Source: Rhodobacteraceae bacterium UBA6197 (GTDB lineage Bacteria; Pseudomonadota; Alphaproteobacteria; Rhodobacterales; Rhodobacteraceae). From it: DNA of 64,000 nucleotides. The position numbers were made by a program, and so were the translations under genes. The DNA is taken from NCBI GenBank assembly GCA_002422085.1, contig DISZ01000006.1, forward strand, positions 28,212 through 92,211, written 5' to 3'. The notes below the pieces were generated by a model. That model was given only the letters and a program-made list of their open reading frames with translations, was not told the DNA's origin and made no database searches. This document shows positions 44,324 to 54,485 of this stretch, piece after piece; the first letter of the stretch is position 1, and each line of letters begins with the position of its first letter.

Positions 44324-45483
44324 TTTCCGGCCTCCGGTGTTTCGGCCCGGGCAAGCCGCCCTTCGGTCATCCCCTTCACCGGGGCGGCAACGATCTCGGC
44401 CCCCTTGGGCAGACCGCTGACGACCTCGACGCGGGCATCTTCGCTGCGCGCTCCGAAAACCAGCGGCACCTGCGCAAGCTTGCCATCCTGAACCGTCCAG
44501 ACCCGGCCGGTGTGGCCGTCAAAACCGGTGATCGCCGTTTCCGGCACCATCAGCGCCGGTGCCAATTCGCCAAGCGTCACAAAGACCTCGGCCTGTTCGC
44601 CCAGATACATCTGCGCCGGGCAATCGCTGCACGACAACCAGACCCGGCGTTCTTCGTTCACCCGGTCACTTTCAAGCCCGATCCGCGCGACCGTGCCGCT
44701 ATAGGTCCGATGCGGCAAGGACCGCAGCCGAATCTGCGCGCTTTGGCCCAGCGCAAGGGCGCCGGCGCGCTCTTCGTCGATATAGGACAAAATCCAGATC
44801 GTCGCGGGGTCAATCAGCGTGAAGATCGGATCGCCCGCCCGCACTACGGCCCCCGCCTCGGCATGGCGTTCGACCACCACCGCGTCAAACGGTGCCTTCA
44901 GCACGCGTTGCGCAAGCAGGGCCTGCTCATAGGCCAGCGCGGCCACGGCGTCCTCGGCCTGCGCGCGCGTCACCGCCACATCGGCCACGGCAACCGCCAC
45001 ATCGGCGCGGGCCACGTCTTCGTCGCGCTGCGATTCCTCGGCGCTTTGAGTCGAGATCGTGCTGCGCCCGACCAGTTCCTGCTGACGCAAATTGGCCGCT
45101 TCGCGTTGCGCCAGAACCGCACCCGCACGGGCAACACTGGCCTCGGCCTTGGCCAGACTGGCCTGCGCCGCCGCCGTCGCCGCGTCAGCGCGCGCAACCC
45201 GCGCCTCTTGCTCGACCGTGGACAGCCGCGCCAGGATCTGGCCCCGGGTGACCCGGTCGCCGGCGTCAACGGCAAGGTCGGTAAGACCCGCCCCCGCCTC
45301 AAAGCCGACGCGCGTCAGGATCCGGGCCTCGACAGTGCCCAAACCATAGACGCGCAAGGCCACGTTCTGCGCTGGTGTTACCACCGGCACGGTCAGCGGC
45401 CTGCGCGTCATGAATGCGGTGGTGAGGCCGACCGCAAGCAACAAAATTCCGATTCCCAGTCCCGTCTTCACCGATCCTCGCAT
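44320..45483 (-). CDS. HlyD/DevB-type periplasmic adaptor subunit
   Basis: An N-terminal anchor, a coiled-coil region (EQEARVARADAATAAAQASLAKAE..), and lipoyl and beta-barrel segments. Confidence 0.9.
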   Translation of the reverse strand: MRGSVKTGLGIGILLLAVGLTTAFMTRRPLTVPVVTPAQNVALRVYGLGTVEARILTRVGFEAGAGLTDLAVDAGDRVTRGQILARLSTVEQEARVARADAATAAAQASLAKAEASVARAGAVLAQREAANLRQQELVGRSTISTQSAEESQRDEDVARADVAVAVADVAVTRAQAEDAVAALAYEQALLAQRVLKAPFDAVVVERHAEAGAVVRAGDPIFTLIDPATIWILSYIDEERAGALALGQSAQIRLRSLPHRTYSGTVARIGLESDRVNEERRVWLSCSDCPAQMYLGEQAEVFVTLGELAPALMVPETAITGFDGHTGRVWTVQDGKLAQVPLVFGARSEDARVEVVSGLPKGAEIVAAPVKGMTEGRLARAETPEAGK

Positions 45484-46094
45484 TACCGCGCACCTCCGTT
45501 ATCTGCCGCAAAAAGCGCCAGTTGCACGGCCAGCAGCCGCGCCCCCTCATCGGGCAACGAGAACCCGCGCGCACCCAGCGACCAACGGATCGCCAAACCC
45601 TGCACCAACGACGTCAGCAGCACCACGCCATCGGCAGTCACCAGATCCGCGCGCAGGGATCCCGCCGCCCGCGCGGCCGCCAATTCCTCTGTCAGCAACA
45701 CCTGATACTCTGCCAGCCTTGATGCGAACACCTGCCGCAGCCCGGGGTATTCGGTGCTCAGTTCCCGCGAGAACAGAATTGCCGGCAATGCCGGGGTCTG
45801 TTCGATTTGGCGCAATTGCGCCGAGACCAGCGCGGCGATGTTCTGCATCGGTGTCTGCTCGGGGCGCAAGGCATCATGCCATGCAGCGCGCAGCAGTTCC
45901 GATATATGCTCGGCCACCGCCAGCCAAAGCGCCTGCTTGGTGGCAAAATGACGAAAGATGCCGGGCTGCGTCACGCCCACGGCCTGCGCCACGGCACCGG
46001 TGGTCAGCCGGTCGGGGCCCAGCTCATCCGCCAACCGCAGGGCCTTTTCGATGATCTCGACCTTGCGGTCCTTGGCGGATTTTCTGACAAGCAT
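45483..46094 (-). CDS. TetR/AcrR family transcriptional regulator
   Basis: Helix-turn-helix TTGAVAQAVGVTQPGIFRHFATKQAL. The stop overlaps the adaptor-gene ATG (TAATG). Confidence 0.9.
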   Translation of the reverse strand: MLVRKSAKDRKVEIIEKALRLADELGPDRLTTGAVAQAVGVTQPGIFRHFATKQALWLAVAEHISELLRAAWHDALRPEQTPMQNIAALVSAQLRQIEQTPALPAILFSRELSTEYPGLRQVFASRLAEYQVLLTEELAAARAAGSLRADLVTADGVVLLTSLVQGLAIRWSLGARGFSLPDEGARLLAVQLALFAADNGGAR

Positions 46095-46100
46095 CTGCGA

Positions 46101-46118
46101 CTCACTTTAGTTAGTGAG
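46101..46118. promoter_or_regulatory. candidate TetR operator
   Basis: Inverted repeat ctcact-ttagtt-agtgag, starting 7 nt upstream of the tetR ATG in a locally AT-rich patch. Confidence 0.35.
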
Positions 46119-46156
46119 GTATTACTGGACAGAGCGCAACCTGCCGTCAATCCCCG

Positions 46157-47044
46157 TCAGATCTTGGGGCAGAAGCTGGCGGCCTGCTTCAGTGCCGCCA
46201 AGGCTGCTTGCACCTTTGGCGTGCGGTGCAGATCGACATGCGTCACCAGCCAAAGCCGCGAATCCCATTCGTCGCGCGGCCCCATCGCTTCGACCAGATC
46301 GCCGCGCCCGCGCGCCCCGATCACCGGCAAGAAGCCCAGACCCATGCCCGCGGCGACCGCCGCCGCCTGCGCCTCGGCCTCGTTGGCGCGAAAGGAAATA
46401 TCGTTGGGGCTGATCCGTTGATGTAACCAGCGCAGGAACGGCGCCCGGCTGTCGATGTGTTCCGAAACCACAAAGCGGTGCCCGGCCAGATCGGCCTCGG
46501 TCACCGGCAGACCCCGTGCGGCGGCATAGGTAACACTTGCGTAAAGCGCCATGCGATGCGCGGCGAAAGGCTGAGCCACGTAATCCGGTTCGGTCGGGCG
46601 GGCCCCCGCGCGGATCGCCAGATGCGCCTCGCCATATTCCAGCCGAAACACCCGCGAATCGGTCAGGTAGCGCAGCGTCAGACCCGGATGGTCAACCTGA
46701 AGCTGCGCAAGGGCCGGTATCACCAAACCCGACAGGGTCGGCAACGAGGTCAGGATCAACTCGCCCGTCACCGCTTCGCCTGCACCTTCGATACGCGCAG
46801 CCAATTGCGCGAACTGATCCTCGGCCGTCTGCCCCGCAGCAAGCAGGTATTGCCCGGCCTCGGTTGGCGTATAGCCGCGCGGGTGACGCTGAAACAGCTT
46901 GACCCGCAACCGCCCCTCGAGCGCGTCAATATGACGAATGACGGTCGCATGATGCACACCCAGCACCTCGGCCGCCCCGGAAACCGTGCCGACCCGCGCC
47001 ACTTGAAACGCAGTGCGGATCTCATCCCAATTGTCGAAACCCAT
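46157..47044 (-). CDS. LysR family transcriptional regulator
   Basis: MGFDNWDEIRTAFQVARVGTVSGAAEVLGVHHATVIRHIDALE. It is divergent from azoR. Confidence 0.9.
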   Translation of the reverse strand: MGFDNWDEIRTAFQVARVGTVSGAAEVLGVHHATVIRHIDALEGRLRVKLFQRHPRGYTPTEAGQYLLAAGQTAEDQFAQLAARIEGAGEAVTGELILTSLPTLSGLVIPALAQLQVDHPGLTLRYLTDSRVFRLEYGEAHLAIRAGARPTEPDYVAQPFAAHRMALYASVTYAAARGLPVTEADLAGHRFVVSEHIDSRAPFLRWLHQRISPNDISFRANEAEAQAAAVAAGMGLGFLPVIGARGRGDLVEAMGPRDEWDSRLWLVTHVDLHRTPKVQAALAALKQAASFCPKI

Positions 47045-47136
47045 CTGTGCGTTCCTGAACAGTTTCCGTGCATTCACTGGCATTGTGTTCACTTTCGCAA
47101 AGCCCCAATTGAAAGGCAACGCAATAGGAGCCCACC

Positions 47137-47727
47137 ATGACCCATATTCTTCGTGTTGATGCCTCGATCAAAGCCGACGCCTCGGTGTCGCGACAACTGA
47201 CCAGCCGCATCGTGAACCGCCTGATCGCGGCCCATCCCGGCGCGCAGGTCGTAACCCGTGACCTGGCAAATGGCGTGCCGCAGATCGACGGCGAGTGGCT
47301 GGGAGCGGTTTACACCCCCGCTGAAAACCGCACCCCGGCCCAAGCCGCGCGCGCCGCCATTGCCGACACCTACCTTGAAGAGGTCAAGGCCGCCGACATT
47401 CTGGTGATCGGCCTGCCGGTCTACAACTTTGGTGTGCCCGCCCAGTTGAAAAGCTGGATCGACCAACTGGCCCGCAAGGGCGAGACGTTCTCTTACGCCA
47501 CCGGCAAGCCCGAAGGCCTGCTGAAAGGCAAGCGCGCGATTGTGGCGCTTAGCTCGGACGGCACCGCGATCGGCTCCGAGATTGATTTTGCCTCGGGCTA
47601 CATTCGCCACATGCTCAATTTCTTCGGGATCACCGATGTCGAATTCGTGGCCGCCGACAAGATGGCCTTTGGTGCCGATGAAACCCTCGCCCGTGCCCGT
47701 GCGGCCGTGGATGCGCTGGCTGCCTGA
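47137..47727 (+). CDS. azoR: FMN-dependent NADH-azoreductase
   Basis: MTHILRVDASIKADASVSRQLT..LVIGLPVYNFGVPAQLKSWIDQLAR. An AGGAG Shine-Dalgarno sequence precedes it. Confidence 0.9.
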   Translation: MTHILRVDASIKADASVSRQLTSRIVNRLIAAHPGAQVVTRDLANGVPQIDGEWLGAVYTPAENRTPAQAARAAIADTYLEEVKAADILVIGLPVYNFGVPAQLKSWIDQLARKGETFSYATGKPEGLLKGKRAIVALSSDGTAIGSEIDFASGYIRHMLNFFGITDVEFVAADKMAFGADETLARARAAVDALAA

Positions 47728-47970
47728 ACCGACCCCCGGCGCCATTGGCGCGCCACTGTCCGGCGAAAATTCTTCAGACAGGAAACAAGCATGGAACGGC
47801 CTTGGTTGACTCCGGGGCCGTTTTTACCTAGAGCAGAGCGAATTCCCGGAGGCACAAGGCTTCCGGTCCCCGAAATACCGGGGATCGCCATCCGTCAGCG
47901 CGTTGCGCCCACGGGTGCGATTGTCGTTTGATTGGCCGGCGTCCGGCCTCTGCCCAAGGAGGGCCGAGAG

Positions 47971-49479
47971 ATGTTCGAGAACCTGTCTGAACGCCTTGGC
48001 GGGGTCTTTGACCGGCTGACCAAACAGGGCGCGCTGTCAGAGGCTGACGTCTCGGCGGCGCTGCGCGAAGTTCGGGTCGCACTGCTGGAAGCGGACGTTT
48101 CTCTGGCCGTGGCGCGCGACTTCATCAAGGCAGTCGAGGGCAAGGCCAAAGGGCAAGCCGTGACCAAATCGGTCACGCCGGGCCAACAGGTGGTGAAGAT
48201 CGTCCATGACGAATTGATCCGCGTTCTGGCCGGCGACGACGAACCCGAAGCGCTGAAGATCGACAACCCGCCCTCGGCGATCCTGATGGTGGGTTTGCAA
48301 GGCTCGGGCAAGACCACGACCACCGCGAAACTGGCGCGGCGCCTGAAGGACAAGAACGGCAAACGGGTGCTGATGGCGTCGCTGGACACCAACCGCCCCG
48401 CCGCCATGGAGCAACTTCAGATCCTTGGCACCCAGATCGGCGTTGATACGCTGCCCATCGTCAAGGGCGAGTCCGCGGTGCAGATCGCCAAACGCGCGCG
48501 GCAGCAGGCCATGCTGGGTGGTTATGACGTCTACATGCTGGACACCGCCGGCCGCCTGCACATCGACGAAGTGCTGATGGATGAGGTGCAGACCGTCCGC
48601 GACGTGACGCAGCCGCGCGAGACGCTGTTGGTGGTCGATGGCCTGACCGGGCAGGATGCGGTGAACGTCGCTTCGGAATTTGACGGCAAGGTCGGGATCT
48701 CGGGCGTGGTGCTGACCCGGATGGACGGCGATGGGCGCGGCGGCGCCGCCCTGTCGATGCGCGCCGTGACCGGCAAGCCGATCCGCTTTGTGGGTCTGGG
48801 CGAAAAGCTGGACGCGCTTGAGGTCTTTGAGCCCAGCCGCGTGGCGGGCCGGATTCTGGGCATGGGCGACATCGTCGCGCTGGTCGAAAAGGCGCAAGAA
48901 ACGCTTGAGATCGAACAAGCCGAACGGATGATGAAGCGGTTCCAGAAGGGTCTGTTCAACATGAACGACCTGAAAGGCCAACTGGATCAGATGCTGAAGA
49001 TGGGCGGGATGCAGGGCGTCATGGGCATGTTGCCGGGGATGGGCAAGATGGCCAAGGCCGCCGAGGATGCGGGCTTTGACGACCGCAGCATTCGCCGCCA
49101 GATCGCCTTGGTGAACTCGATGACCAAGCGCGAACGCGCCAACCCAGACCTGCTGCAAGCCAGCCGCAAGAAGCGCATCGCCGCAGGGGCCGGGCTGGAA
49201 GTGTCCGAATTGAACCGGCTTTTGAAAATGCATCGGCAAATGGCCGATACGATGAAAAAGATGGGCAAGGGCGGGATGCTCAAGCAGGCCATGAAGGGGA
49301 TGATGGGCGGCAAGGGCGGGATGCCCGATCTGGCCAATATGGACCCCGCGCAGATGGAAGAAGCCGCCAGAGCGATGGGCAAGATGCCCGGCGGTCTGGG
49401 TGGCATGGGCGGCGGTCTGGGCGGGTTGAAACTGCCCGGTGGGCTGTCTGGCCTAGGCGGGTTCGGCAAAAAGAAATGA
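47971..49479 (+). CDS. ffh: signal recognition particle protein Ffh
   Basis: MFENLSERLGGVFDRL.., GLQGSGKTTT, DTAGR, and a Met-rich M domain. Confidence 0.95.
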   Translation: MFENLSERLGGVFDRLTKQGALSEADVSAALREVRVALLEADVSLAVARDFIKAVEGKAKGQAVTKSVTPGQQVVKIVHDELIRVLAGDDEPEALKIDNPPSAILMVGLQGSGKTTTTAKLARRLKDKNGKRVLMASLDTNRPAAMEQLQILGTQIGVDTLPIVKGESAVQIAKRARQQAMLGGYDVYMLDTAGRLHIDEVLMDEVQTVRDVTQPRETLLVVDGLTGQDAVNVASEFDGKVGISGVVLTRMDGDGRGGAALSMRAVTGKPIRFVGLGEKLDALEVFEPSRVAGRILGMGDIVALVEKAQETLEIEQAERMMKRFQKGLFNMNDLKGQLDQMLKMGGMQGVMGMLPGMGKMAKAAEDAGFDDRSIRRQIALVNSMTKRERANPDLLQASRKKRIAAGAGLEVSELNRLLKMHRQMADTMKKMGKGGMLKQAMKGMMGGKGGMPDLANMDPAQMEEAARAMGKMPGGLGGMGGGLGGLKLPGGLSGLGGFGKKK

Positions 49480-49584
49480 TCCTGTCTTTTGCCCCTTTCA
49501 GATGGTCGCAATTTGCCTGCGGCCGATGCGCCACCGAGGCGCCGGCCCCGGCACCAGCCGCGCCTTGCCGTGCCGGAGGACGCC

Positions 49585-49881
49585 ATGACTGACGCCGCCA
49601 ATCGCGCCGCCGAGGTGCTCAAATCTCACCGCGACAGCATCGATCGGTTGGACGCGATCCTTGTCTACACGCTGGCCGAGCGTTTCAGCCAAACCCAGGC
49701 GGTAGGGCGCCTGAAGGCGGCGCATGACCTGCCGCCCTCGGACCCGGCCCGCGAAGCCAGCCAGATCGCGCGGCTGGAACGGATGGCCTCTGACGCCGGG
49801 CTTGACCCGGAATTTGCCAAGAAATTCCTGACCTTCATCATATCAGAAGTCATCAGGCATCACGAAAAACTGCAGAAATAG
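49585..49881 (+). CDS. chorismate mutase (AroQ class)
   Basis: [32 protein letters not shown]. The protein is 98 aa. Confidence 0.8.
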   Translation: MTDAANRAAEVLKSHRDSIDRLDAILVYTLAERFSQTQAVGRLKAAHDLPPSDPAREASQIARLERMASDAGLDPEFAKKFLTFIISEVIRHHEKLQK

Positions 49882-49924
49882 CCGGGACTTGCCCGGTTCC
49901 AACCAAACCCAAGGAGACTATGCA

Positions 49925-50287
49925 ATGTCGATGAAAATCCGTCTGGCCCGTGGTGGCTCGAAAAAGCGCCCGCACTACGCGATCGTTGCCTCGGACAGCC
50001 GCATGCCGCGCGATGGCCGCTTTCTGGAAAAGCTGGGCACCTATAACCCGCTGCTGGCCAAAGACAGCGAAGACCGCGTGAAAATGAACATGGAGCGCGT
50101 GCAATACTGGCTGAGCCAGGGCGCCCAGCCGACCGACCGTGTGGCGCGTTTCCTGGAAACCGCCGGCGTTCTGGCCAAAGCCGTGCGCAACAACCCCAAG
50201 GCCGCCGTTCCGGGCGCCAAGGCCAAGAAGCGCGCCGAAGAAAAAGCCGCCAAGGCGGCTGCTCCGGCAGAAGACGCAGCCGAATAA
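49925..50287 (+). CDS. rpsP: 30S ribosomal protein S16
   Basis: [42 protein letters not shown]. Confidence 0.95.
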   Translation: MSMKIRLARGGSKKRPHYAIVASDSRMPRDGRFLEKLGTYNPLLAKDSEDRVKMNMERVQYWLSQGAQPTDRVARFLETAGVLAKAVRNNPKAAVPGAKAKKRAEEKAAKAAAPAEDAAE

Positions 50288-50313
50288 GCTGCCGCCTGCT
50301 TGCCAAGACCTCT

Positions 50314-50335
50314 GGCCGGGCAGCATTGCCCGGCC
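50314..50335 (+). other. 9-bp stem-loop between rpsP and rimM
   Basis: ggccgggca-gcat-tgcccggcc with no U tract. It may be a processing or attenuation structure. Confidence 0.4.
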
Positions 50336-50358
50336 GATCCCCATGCGGAGCCCGGCCG

Positions 50359-50868
50359 ATGACCAAGCGTGACAGAACCTGTGTCGGCGCCATTGCGGGC
50401 GCCTTTGGTGTGCAAGGCGAAGTGCGCCTGAAAAGCTTCTGCTCGACCCCTGACGATATTGTCAGCTACGCGCCGCTGTTCACCGAAGACGGCAGCCGCA
50501 GCTTTGGCGTCACCTTGACGCGCCCGGTGGCGGGCGGCCTGGGCGTGCGCTTGACCGGGATCAGCACGAAAGAAGAGGCCGATGCGCTGAAAGGCGTGAC
50601 CCTTTGGGCAGACCGGGACAAGCTTCCCTCGCTGCCGGATGACGAGTTCTACCATGCCGATCTGATCGGGCTTGAGGTCCTGGACACCGGCGGCGCGCGG
50701 CTGGGTCAGGTCCGCGCGGTGCACAACCACGGTGCCGGCGACATTCTCGAGATTTACGCGCCGGGGCTGAAGACCGCCCTGCTGCTACCGTTCACCCAAG
50801 CGGTGGTGCCGACGGTTGATCTGGCCGCTGGCCGGATCATCGCCGATCCGCCCGAGGAGACGGAATGA
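50359..50868 (+). CDS. rimM: 16S rRNA processing protein RimM
   Basis: [19 protein letters not shown].., [13 protein letters not shown] and GAGDILEI. Confidence 0.9.
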   Translation: MTKRDRTCVGAIAGAFGVQGEVRLKSFCSTPDDIVSYAPLFTEDGSRSFGVTLTRPVAGGLGVRLTGISTKEEADALKGVTLWADRDKLPSLPDDEFYHADLIGLEVLDTGGARLGQVRAVHNHGAGDILEIYAPGLKTALLLPFTQAVVPTVDLAAGRIIADPPEETE

Positions 50869-51665
50869 CACGGGTCATTGTCCACGCGGGCTTTCACAAG
50901 ACCGGGACATCAAGCCTGCAAAGCTATCTGGGCCAGCATCGCAAAACCCTGGCCCCATGGCTGGCCTTTTACGGCAAGGCCGATTTTTTGAACGCGGGCA
51001 CCTATGCGCGCATCTATGCGCAACGCCCGTTCATCTGGCGCCGCTGGGCCTTTCGGCGCGCGATCCGCAGCTTTTTGGCCAGTATCCCCGACGCGTCGGT
51101 CATCGTGCTGTCGCGCGAGACGTTTGCCGGGGTAATGCCGGGGCATCGCAATTGGCAGGGCCGGATCATCAAGGGCTATGCCTATTCCGCCGTGCCGATC
51201 TGCCGCGAATTGCGGCGCGAAATTGTCCGCCGTTTTCCCGGTGCGACGGTCGAATTTCTGTTCACCACCCGTGAACGCGAAAGCTGGATCCGTTCGGTCT
51301 ATGGGCACCTTCTGCGCTCGATCCACCTGACCGATACGTTCGATGAATTTCGCGCGCGTTTTCCCGACCTGATCGACCCCGCCACCGAAGCCCGGCGGAT
51401 CGGCGCGGCGCTGGCCCCCTGCCCGGTGCATGTCGCAGCGCTTGAACCGCATGCCGATGGCCACGGCGGCCCGGCCGATATCGTGCTGGATCTGGTCGGC
51501 GTGCCCGACAGGGTGCGCGCGTCCCTGCCGCCCGCCACCCGTGCCAACACCGGCCAGACCCCGGCGCAAGAGGCCGCGTTCTTTCAGCTGAACCACTCGG
51601 GTCAAGGCAAGGCGGCATTGAAACGCATCAAGGACAAGATGCTGCGCGAGGCACAGGCCAAATGA
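50865..51665 (+). CDS. uncharacterised protein with a sulfotransferase-like P-loop motif, embedded in the rimM-trmD operon
   Basis: 266-aa ORF beginning [22 protein letters not shown], with host-like codon usage. ATGA overlaps join it to the rimM stop (50865-50868) and the trmD start (51662-51665). Confidence 0.75.
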   Translation: MTRVIVHAGFHKTGTSSLQSYLGQHRKTLAPWLAFYGKADFLNAGTYARIYAQRPFIWRRWAFRRAIRSFLASIPDASVIVLSRETFAGVMPGHRNWQGRIIKGYAYSAVPICRELRREIVRRFPGATVEFLFTTRERESWIRSVYGHLLRSIHLTDTFDEFRARFPDLIDPATEARRIGAALAPCPVHVAALEPHADGHGGPADIVLDLVGVPDRVRASLPPATRANTGQTPAQEAAFFQLNHSGQGKAALKRIKDKMLREAQAK

Positions 51666-52495
51666 CCGAGAAACCCGCGAAATCACATGGCCGGCTGGCC
51701 ACTTCCGTCTCGATCAAACCACGCGACCTGATGGAAGGCCCGCCACGGCTGAAGGGGGCGTGGTGCGCCAAGATCGTGACGCTGTTCCCGGAGGCGTTTC
51801 CCGGCACGCTGGGCCTGTCGCTGACCGGCAAGGCGCTGCAAGACGGGCTTTGGGCGCTGGAACCGATCGATCTGCGCCCGTTCGGACAGGGCAAGCACCG
51901 CAATGTCGATGACAACCCCGCCGGTGGCGGCGCCGGCATGGTGCTGCGCGCCGATGTGGTGGCCGCCGCGCTGGAACAGGCCGCGATCGGCACCCCTGCG
52001 GATCGCGAACAATGGCCGGTGATCTACATGAGCCCGCGCGGCCGCCCGCTGACGCAGGCGATGGCGCAAGACTTTGCCAAGGCCGAGGGAATGACCATCC
52101 TGTGCGGCCGCTTTGAAGGCGTGGACGAGCGTGTTTTGCAGCAGTTTGGCGTGCAAGAGGTCAGTATTGGCGATTTCGTCCTGACCGGCGGCGAGATCGC
52201 CGCTCAGGTCTTGATCGACGCGACAGTCCGGCTTATACCCCGCGTGCTTGGGAATCAGGCGTCCACCGAGGAGGAATCCTTCTCGAACGGGCTTTTGGAA
52301 CACCCGCAATACACACGACCCACCGTCTGGGAAGGCCGCGCGATACCGGAAATTCTTCTGTCCGGGCACCACGCGAAGATTGCCGACTGGCGGCGGACCA
52401 TGGCCGAAAGGCTGACCAAGGAAAGACGACCTGATCTCTGGCGGGCTTGGTGTGCGCAGCACATGAGGGACCCGGATGAAGACCAAGAGCTCTAG
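51662..52495 (+). CDS. trmD: tRNA (guanine37-N1)-methyltransferase
   Basis: [11 protein letters not shown].., [14 protein letters not shown] and [13 protein letters not shown]. An alternative start is ATG 51731, which would remove an N-terminal extension of 23 residues. Confidence 0.93.
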   Translation: MTEKPAKSHGRLATSVSIKPRDLMEGPPRLKGAWCAKIVTLFPEAFPGTLGLSLTGKALQDGLWALEPIDLRPFGQGKHRNVDDNPAGGGAGMVLRADVVAAALEQAAIGTPADREQWPVIYMSPRGRPLTQAMAQDFAKAEGMTILCGRFEGVDERVLQQFGVQEVSIGDFVLTGGEIAAQVLIDATVRLIPRVLGNQASTEEESFSNGLLEHPQYTRPTVWEGRAIPEILLSGHHAKIADWRRTMAERLTKERRPDLWRAWCAQHMRDPDEDQEL

Positions 52496-52546
52496 GGTCG
52501 CGCACACCTTCACGGGAAAAACCGTGAGCAATTGAAAGGACTTGCG

Positions 52547-52924
52547 ATGAACCTGATCGCGCAAATCGAAGCCGAGCAGATCGCTGCGCTTGGCAAGATC
52601 ATCCCCGACTTCAAGGCTGGCGACACCGTCCGCGTTGGCTACAAAGTGACCGAAGGCACCCGTTCGCGCGTGCAGAACTATGAAGGCGTCTGCATCGCCC
52701 GCAATGGCGGCGGAACCATCGGCGCCTCGTTCACGGTGCGCAAAATCTCGTTCGGTGAAGGCGTGGAACGTGTTTTCCCGCTTTATTCGACCAACATCGA
52801 TTCGATCGAAGTGGTGCGCCGTGGCCGTGTGCGTCGTGCGAAGCTTTACTATCTGCGCGACCGTCGCGGCAAATCGGCCCGTATCGCCGAAGACACCAAT
52901 TACAAACCCAAAGCCGAAGCCTGA
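52547..52924 (+). CDS. rplS: 50S ribosomal protein L19
   Basis: [43 protein letters not shown]. Confidence 0.95.
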   Translation: MNLIAQIEAEQIAALGKIIPDFKAGDTVRVGYKVTEGTRSRVQNYEGVCIARNGGGTIGASFTVRKISFGEGVERVFPLYSTNIDSIEVVRRGRVRRAKLYYLRDRRGKSARIAEDTNYKPKAEA

Positions 52925-52935
52925 GGAGCGGGACG

Positions 52936-53157
52936 ATGAGAAAAGAGATTCACCCCGAATACCATATGATCAACGTCAAGATGACCGACGGCACCGTGTT
53001 TCAGGTTCGTTCGACCTGGGGCAAGGAAGGCGATCAAATGGCGCTGGACATCGACCCGCTGGCACACCCGGCCTGGACTGGCGGCAACGCCCGTCTGATG
53101 GACACCGGCGGCCGTGTGTCGAAGTTCAAGAACAAATACGCCGGTCTGGGTTTCTGA
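52936..53157 (+). CDS. rpmE: 50S ribosomal protein L31
   Basis: [38 protein letters not shown]. Confidence 0.95.
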   Translation: MRKEIHPEYHMINVKMTDGTVFQVRSTWGKEGDQMALDIDPLAHPAWTGGNARLMDTGGRVSKFKNKYAGLGF

Positions 53158-53181
53158 ACCTGCCGGACTGGTCAAAGGGGG

Positions 53182-53212
53182 GGCGTGCCTGCGGGTGCGC
53201 CCTTTTCTTTTG
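53182..53212 (+). terminator. intrinsic terminator after rpmE
   Basis: gggcgtgcc-tgcg-ggtgcgccc (including two G-U pairs) followed by ttttctttt. Confidence 0.65.
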
Positions 53213-53356
53213 CGTCGCACCTGTGCCCGCACCGACCACATCCTGGAAAATCGTCATTGGCCTTGCGCCCGGCGCTTCCAAAGGATAGCCGCATCCCCCT
53301 ATAGTCGGGGCGCGCTGGAAACAGTGCGCTTTTTCAGTCTGAGGCAGAGGTCGAAC

Positions 53357-54166
53357 GTGGCGCATATCATCGTTGTTGGCAATGAAAAGGGCGGGTCAGG
53401 GAAATCCACCACCTGTATGCACGTTGCCACCGCCTTGACCCGGATGGGTCACAAGGTTGGCGCATTGGATCTGGATCTGCGTCAGCGCAGCTTTGGGCGC
53501 TATGTCGAGAACCGACTGGCCTTTCTGGCGCGCGAGGGGCTGGATCTGCCCACACCGGATTACCGCGAATTGCCCGAGGCCGACGCCGCAGAATTGGCGC
53601 CCGGCGAAAACCCCTATGACCACCGCCTGTCCACAGCGGTGGCCACGCTGGAAAACGAATGCGACTTCATCGTCATCGACTGCCCCGGCAGCCATACGCG
53701 CCTGTCACAGGTGGCGCATTCGCTGGCCGACACACTGGTCACGCCGCTGAATGACAGCTTTATCGATTTTGACCTGTTGGCACGGGTTGACCCGGAAAAC
53801 GGTCGGGTGATCGGCCCGTCGATCTATTCCGAGATGGTCTGGGCCGCGCGGCAATTGCGGGCCCGCGCCGGGCTGAAGCCGATCGACTGGATCGTGCTGC
53901 GCAACCGGCTGGGCGCGCAACAGATGCACAACAAGAAGAAGGTGGGCGACGCGCTCAGCCAGCTATCCAAACGGATCGGCTTTCGCGTCAGCCCCGGTTT
54001 TTCGGAACGGGTGATCTTTCGTGAACTGTTTCCGCGCGGGCTGACGCTGCTGGATCTGCGTGATGTCGGCGTCGAAGGGCTGAACATTTCCAACATCGCC
54101 GCACGGCAGGAATTGCGCGACCTGATCCGCGAATTGCGCCTGCCGGGTGTCGAGGTGAATTTCTGA
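53357..54166 (+). CDS. mipZ: division-plane positioning ATPase MipZ
   Basis: (V)AHIIVVGNEKGGSGKSTTCMHVATAL is a deviant Walker A motif, followed by LDLDLRQRSF. A GTG start at 53357 lies within track ORF 53114..54166. Confidence 0.9.
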   Translation: MAHIIVVGNEKGGSGKSTTCMHVATALTRMGHKVGALDLDLRQRSFGRYVENRLAFLAREGLDLPTPDYRELPEADAAELAPGENPYDHRLSTAVATLENECDFIVIDCPGSHTRLSQVAHSLADTLVTPLNDSFIDFDLLARVDPENGRVIGPSIYSEMVWAARQLRARAGLKPIDWIVLRNRLGAQQMHNKKKVGDALSQLSKRIGFRVSPGFSERVIFRELFPRGLTLLDLRDVGVEGLNISNIAARQELRDLIRELRLPGVEVNF

Positions 54167-54178
54167 CCCGAGCCTTGC

Positions 54179-54340
54179 TCAGACGATCTGTCGCGATGAG
54201 TATTTGAATGGCGAGGGCCGATAGCGCAGCGATACGCGCTGCTGACGCAACGACAGTGCTGCAAGCCGGCTTTCAAAAATGTCATCCTGAGCACGACCGA
54301 ACAGGCCAAGGCGGTTAAACAGGGCTACAGCGAACGACAT
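54179..54340 (-). CDS. hypothetical 53-aa protein
   Basis: A GGAGGA Shine-Dalgarno sequence sits 4 nt before ATG 54340 (MSFAVALFNRLGLFGRAQDD..). The GC content here is lower than in the neighbouring genes, and I recognise no family. Confidence 0.35.
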   Translation of the reverse strand: MSFAVALFNRLGLFGRAQDDIFESRLAALSLRQQRVSLRYRPSPFKYSSRQIV

Positions 54341-54485
54341 GGCTTCCTCCATTCGGGCCGTAGTGGCCCTATTTACCACCATTGCGGGAAATCTGGGCCA
54401 AACTGTGCCGCCCTGCCGGCATTGCCGGGGCGATGTCACGGCCGAGTTGCGGCGTCACCAAGCGATCGCGCGGCGGATCCTTGAA

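Noticed and set aside
47728-47970. SRP RNA or another structured RNA upstream of ffh
   Set aside because: The conserved SRP RNA domain IV motifs are absent. I see only a weak hairpin (aacggcc-N14-ggccgtt plus ttt) that may terminate azoR.
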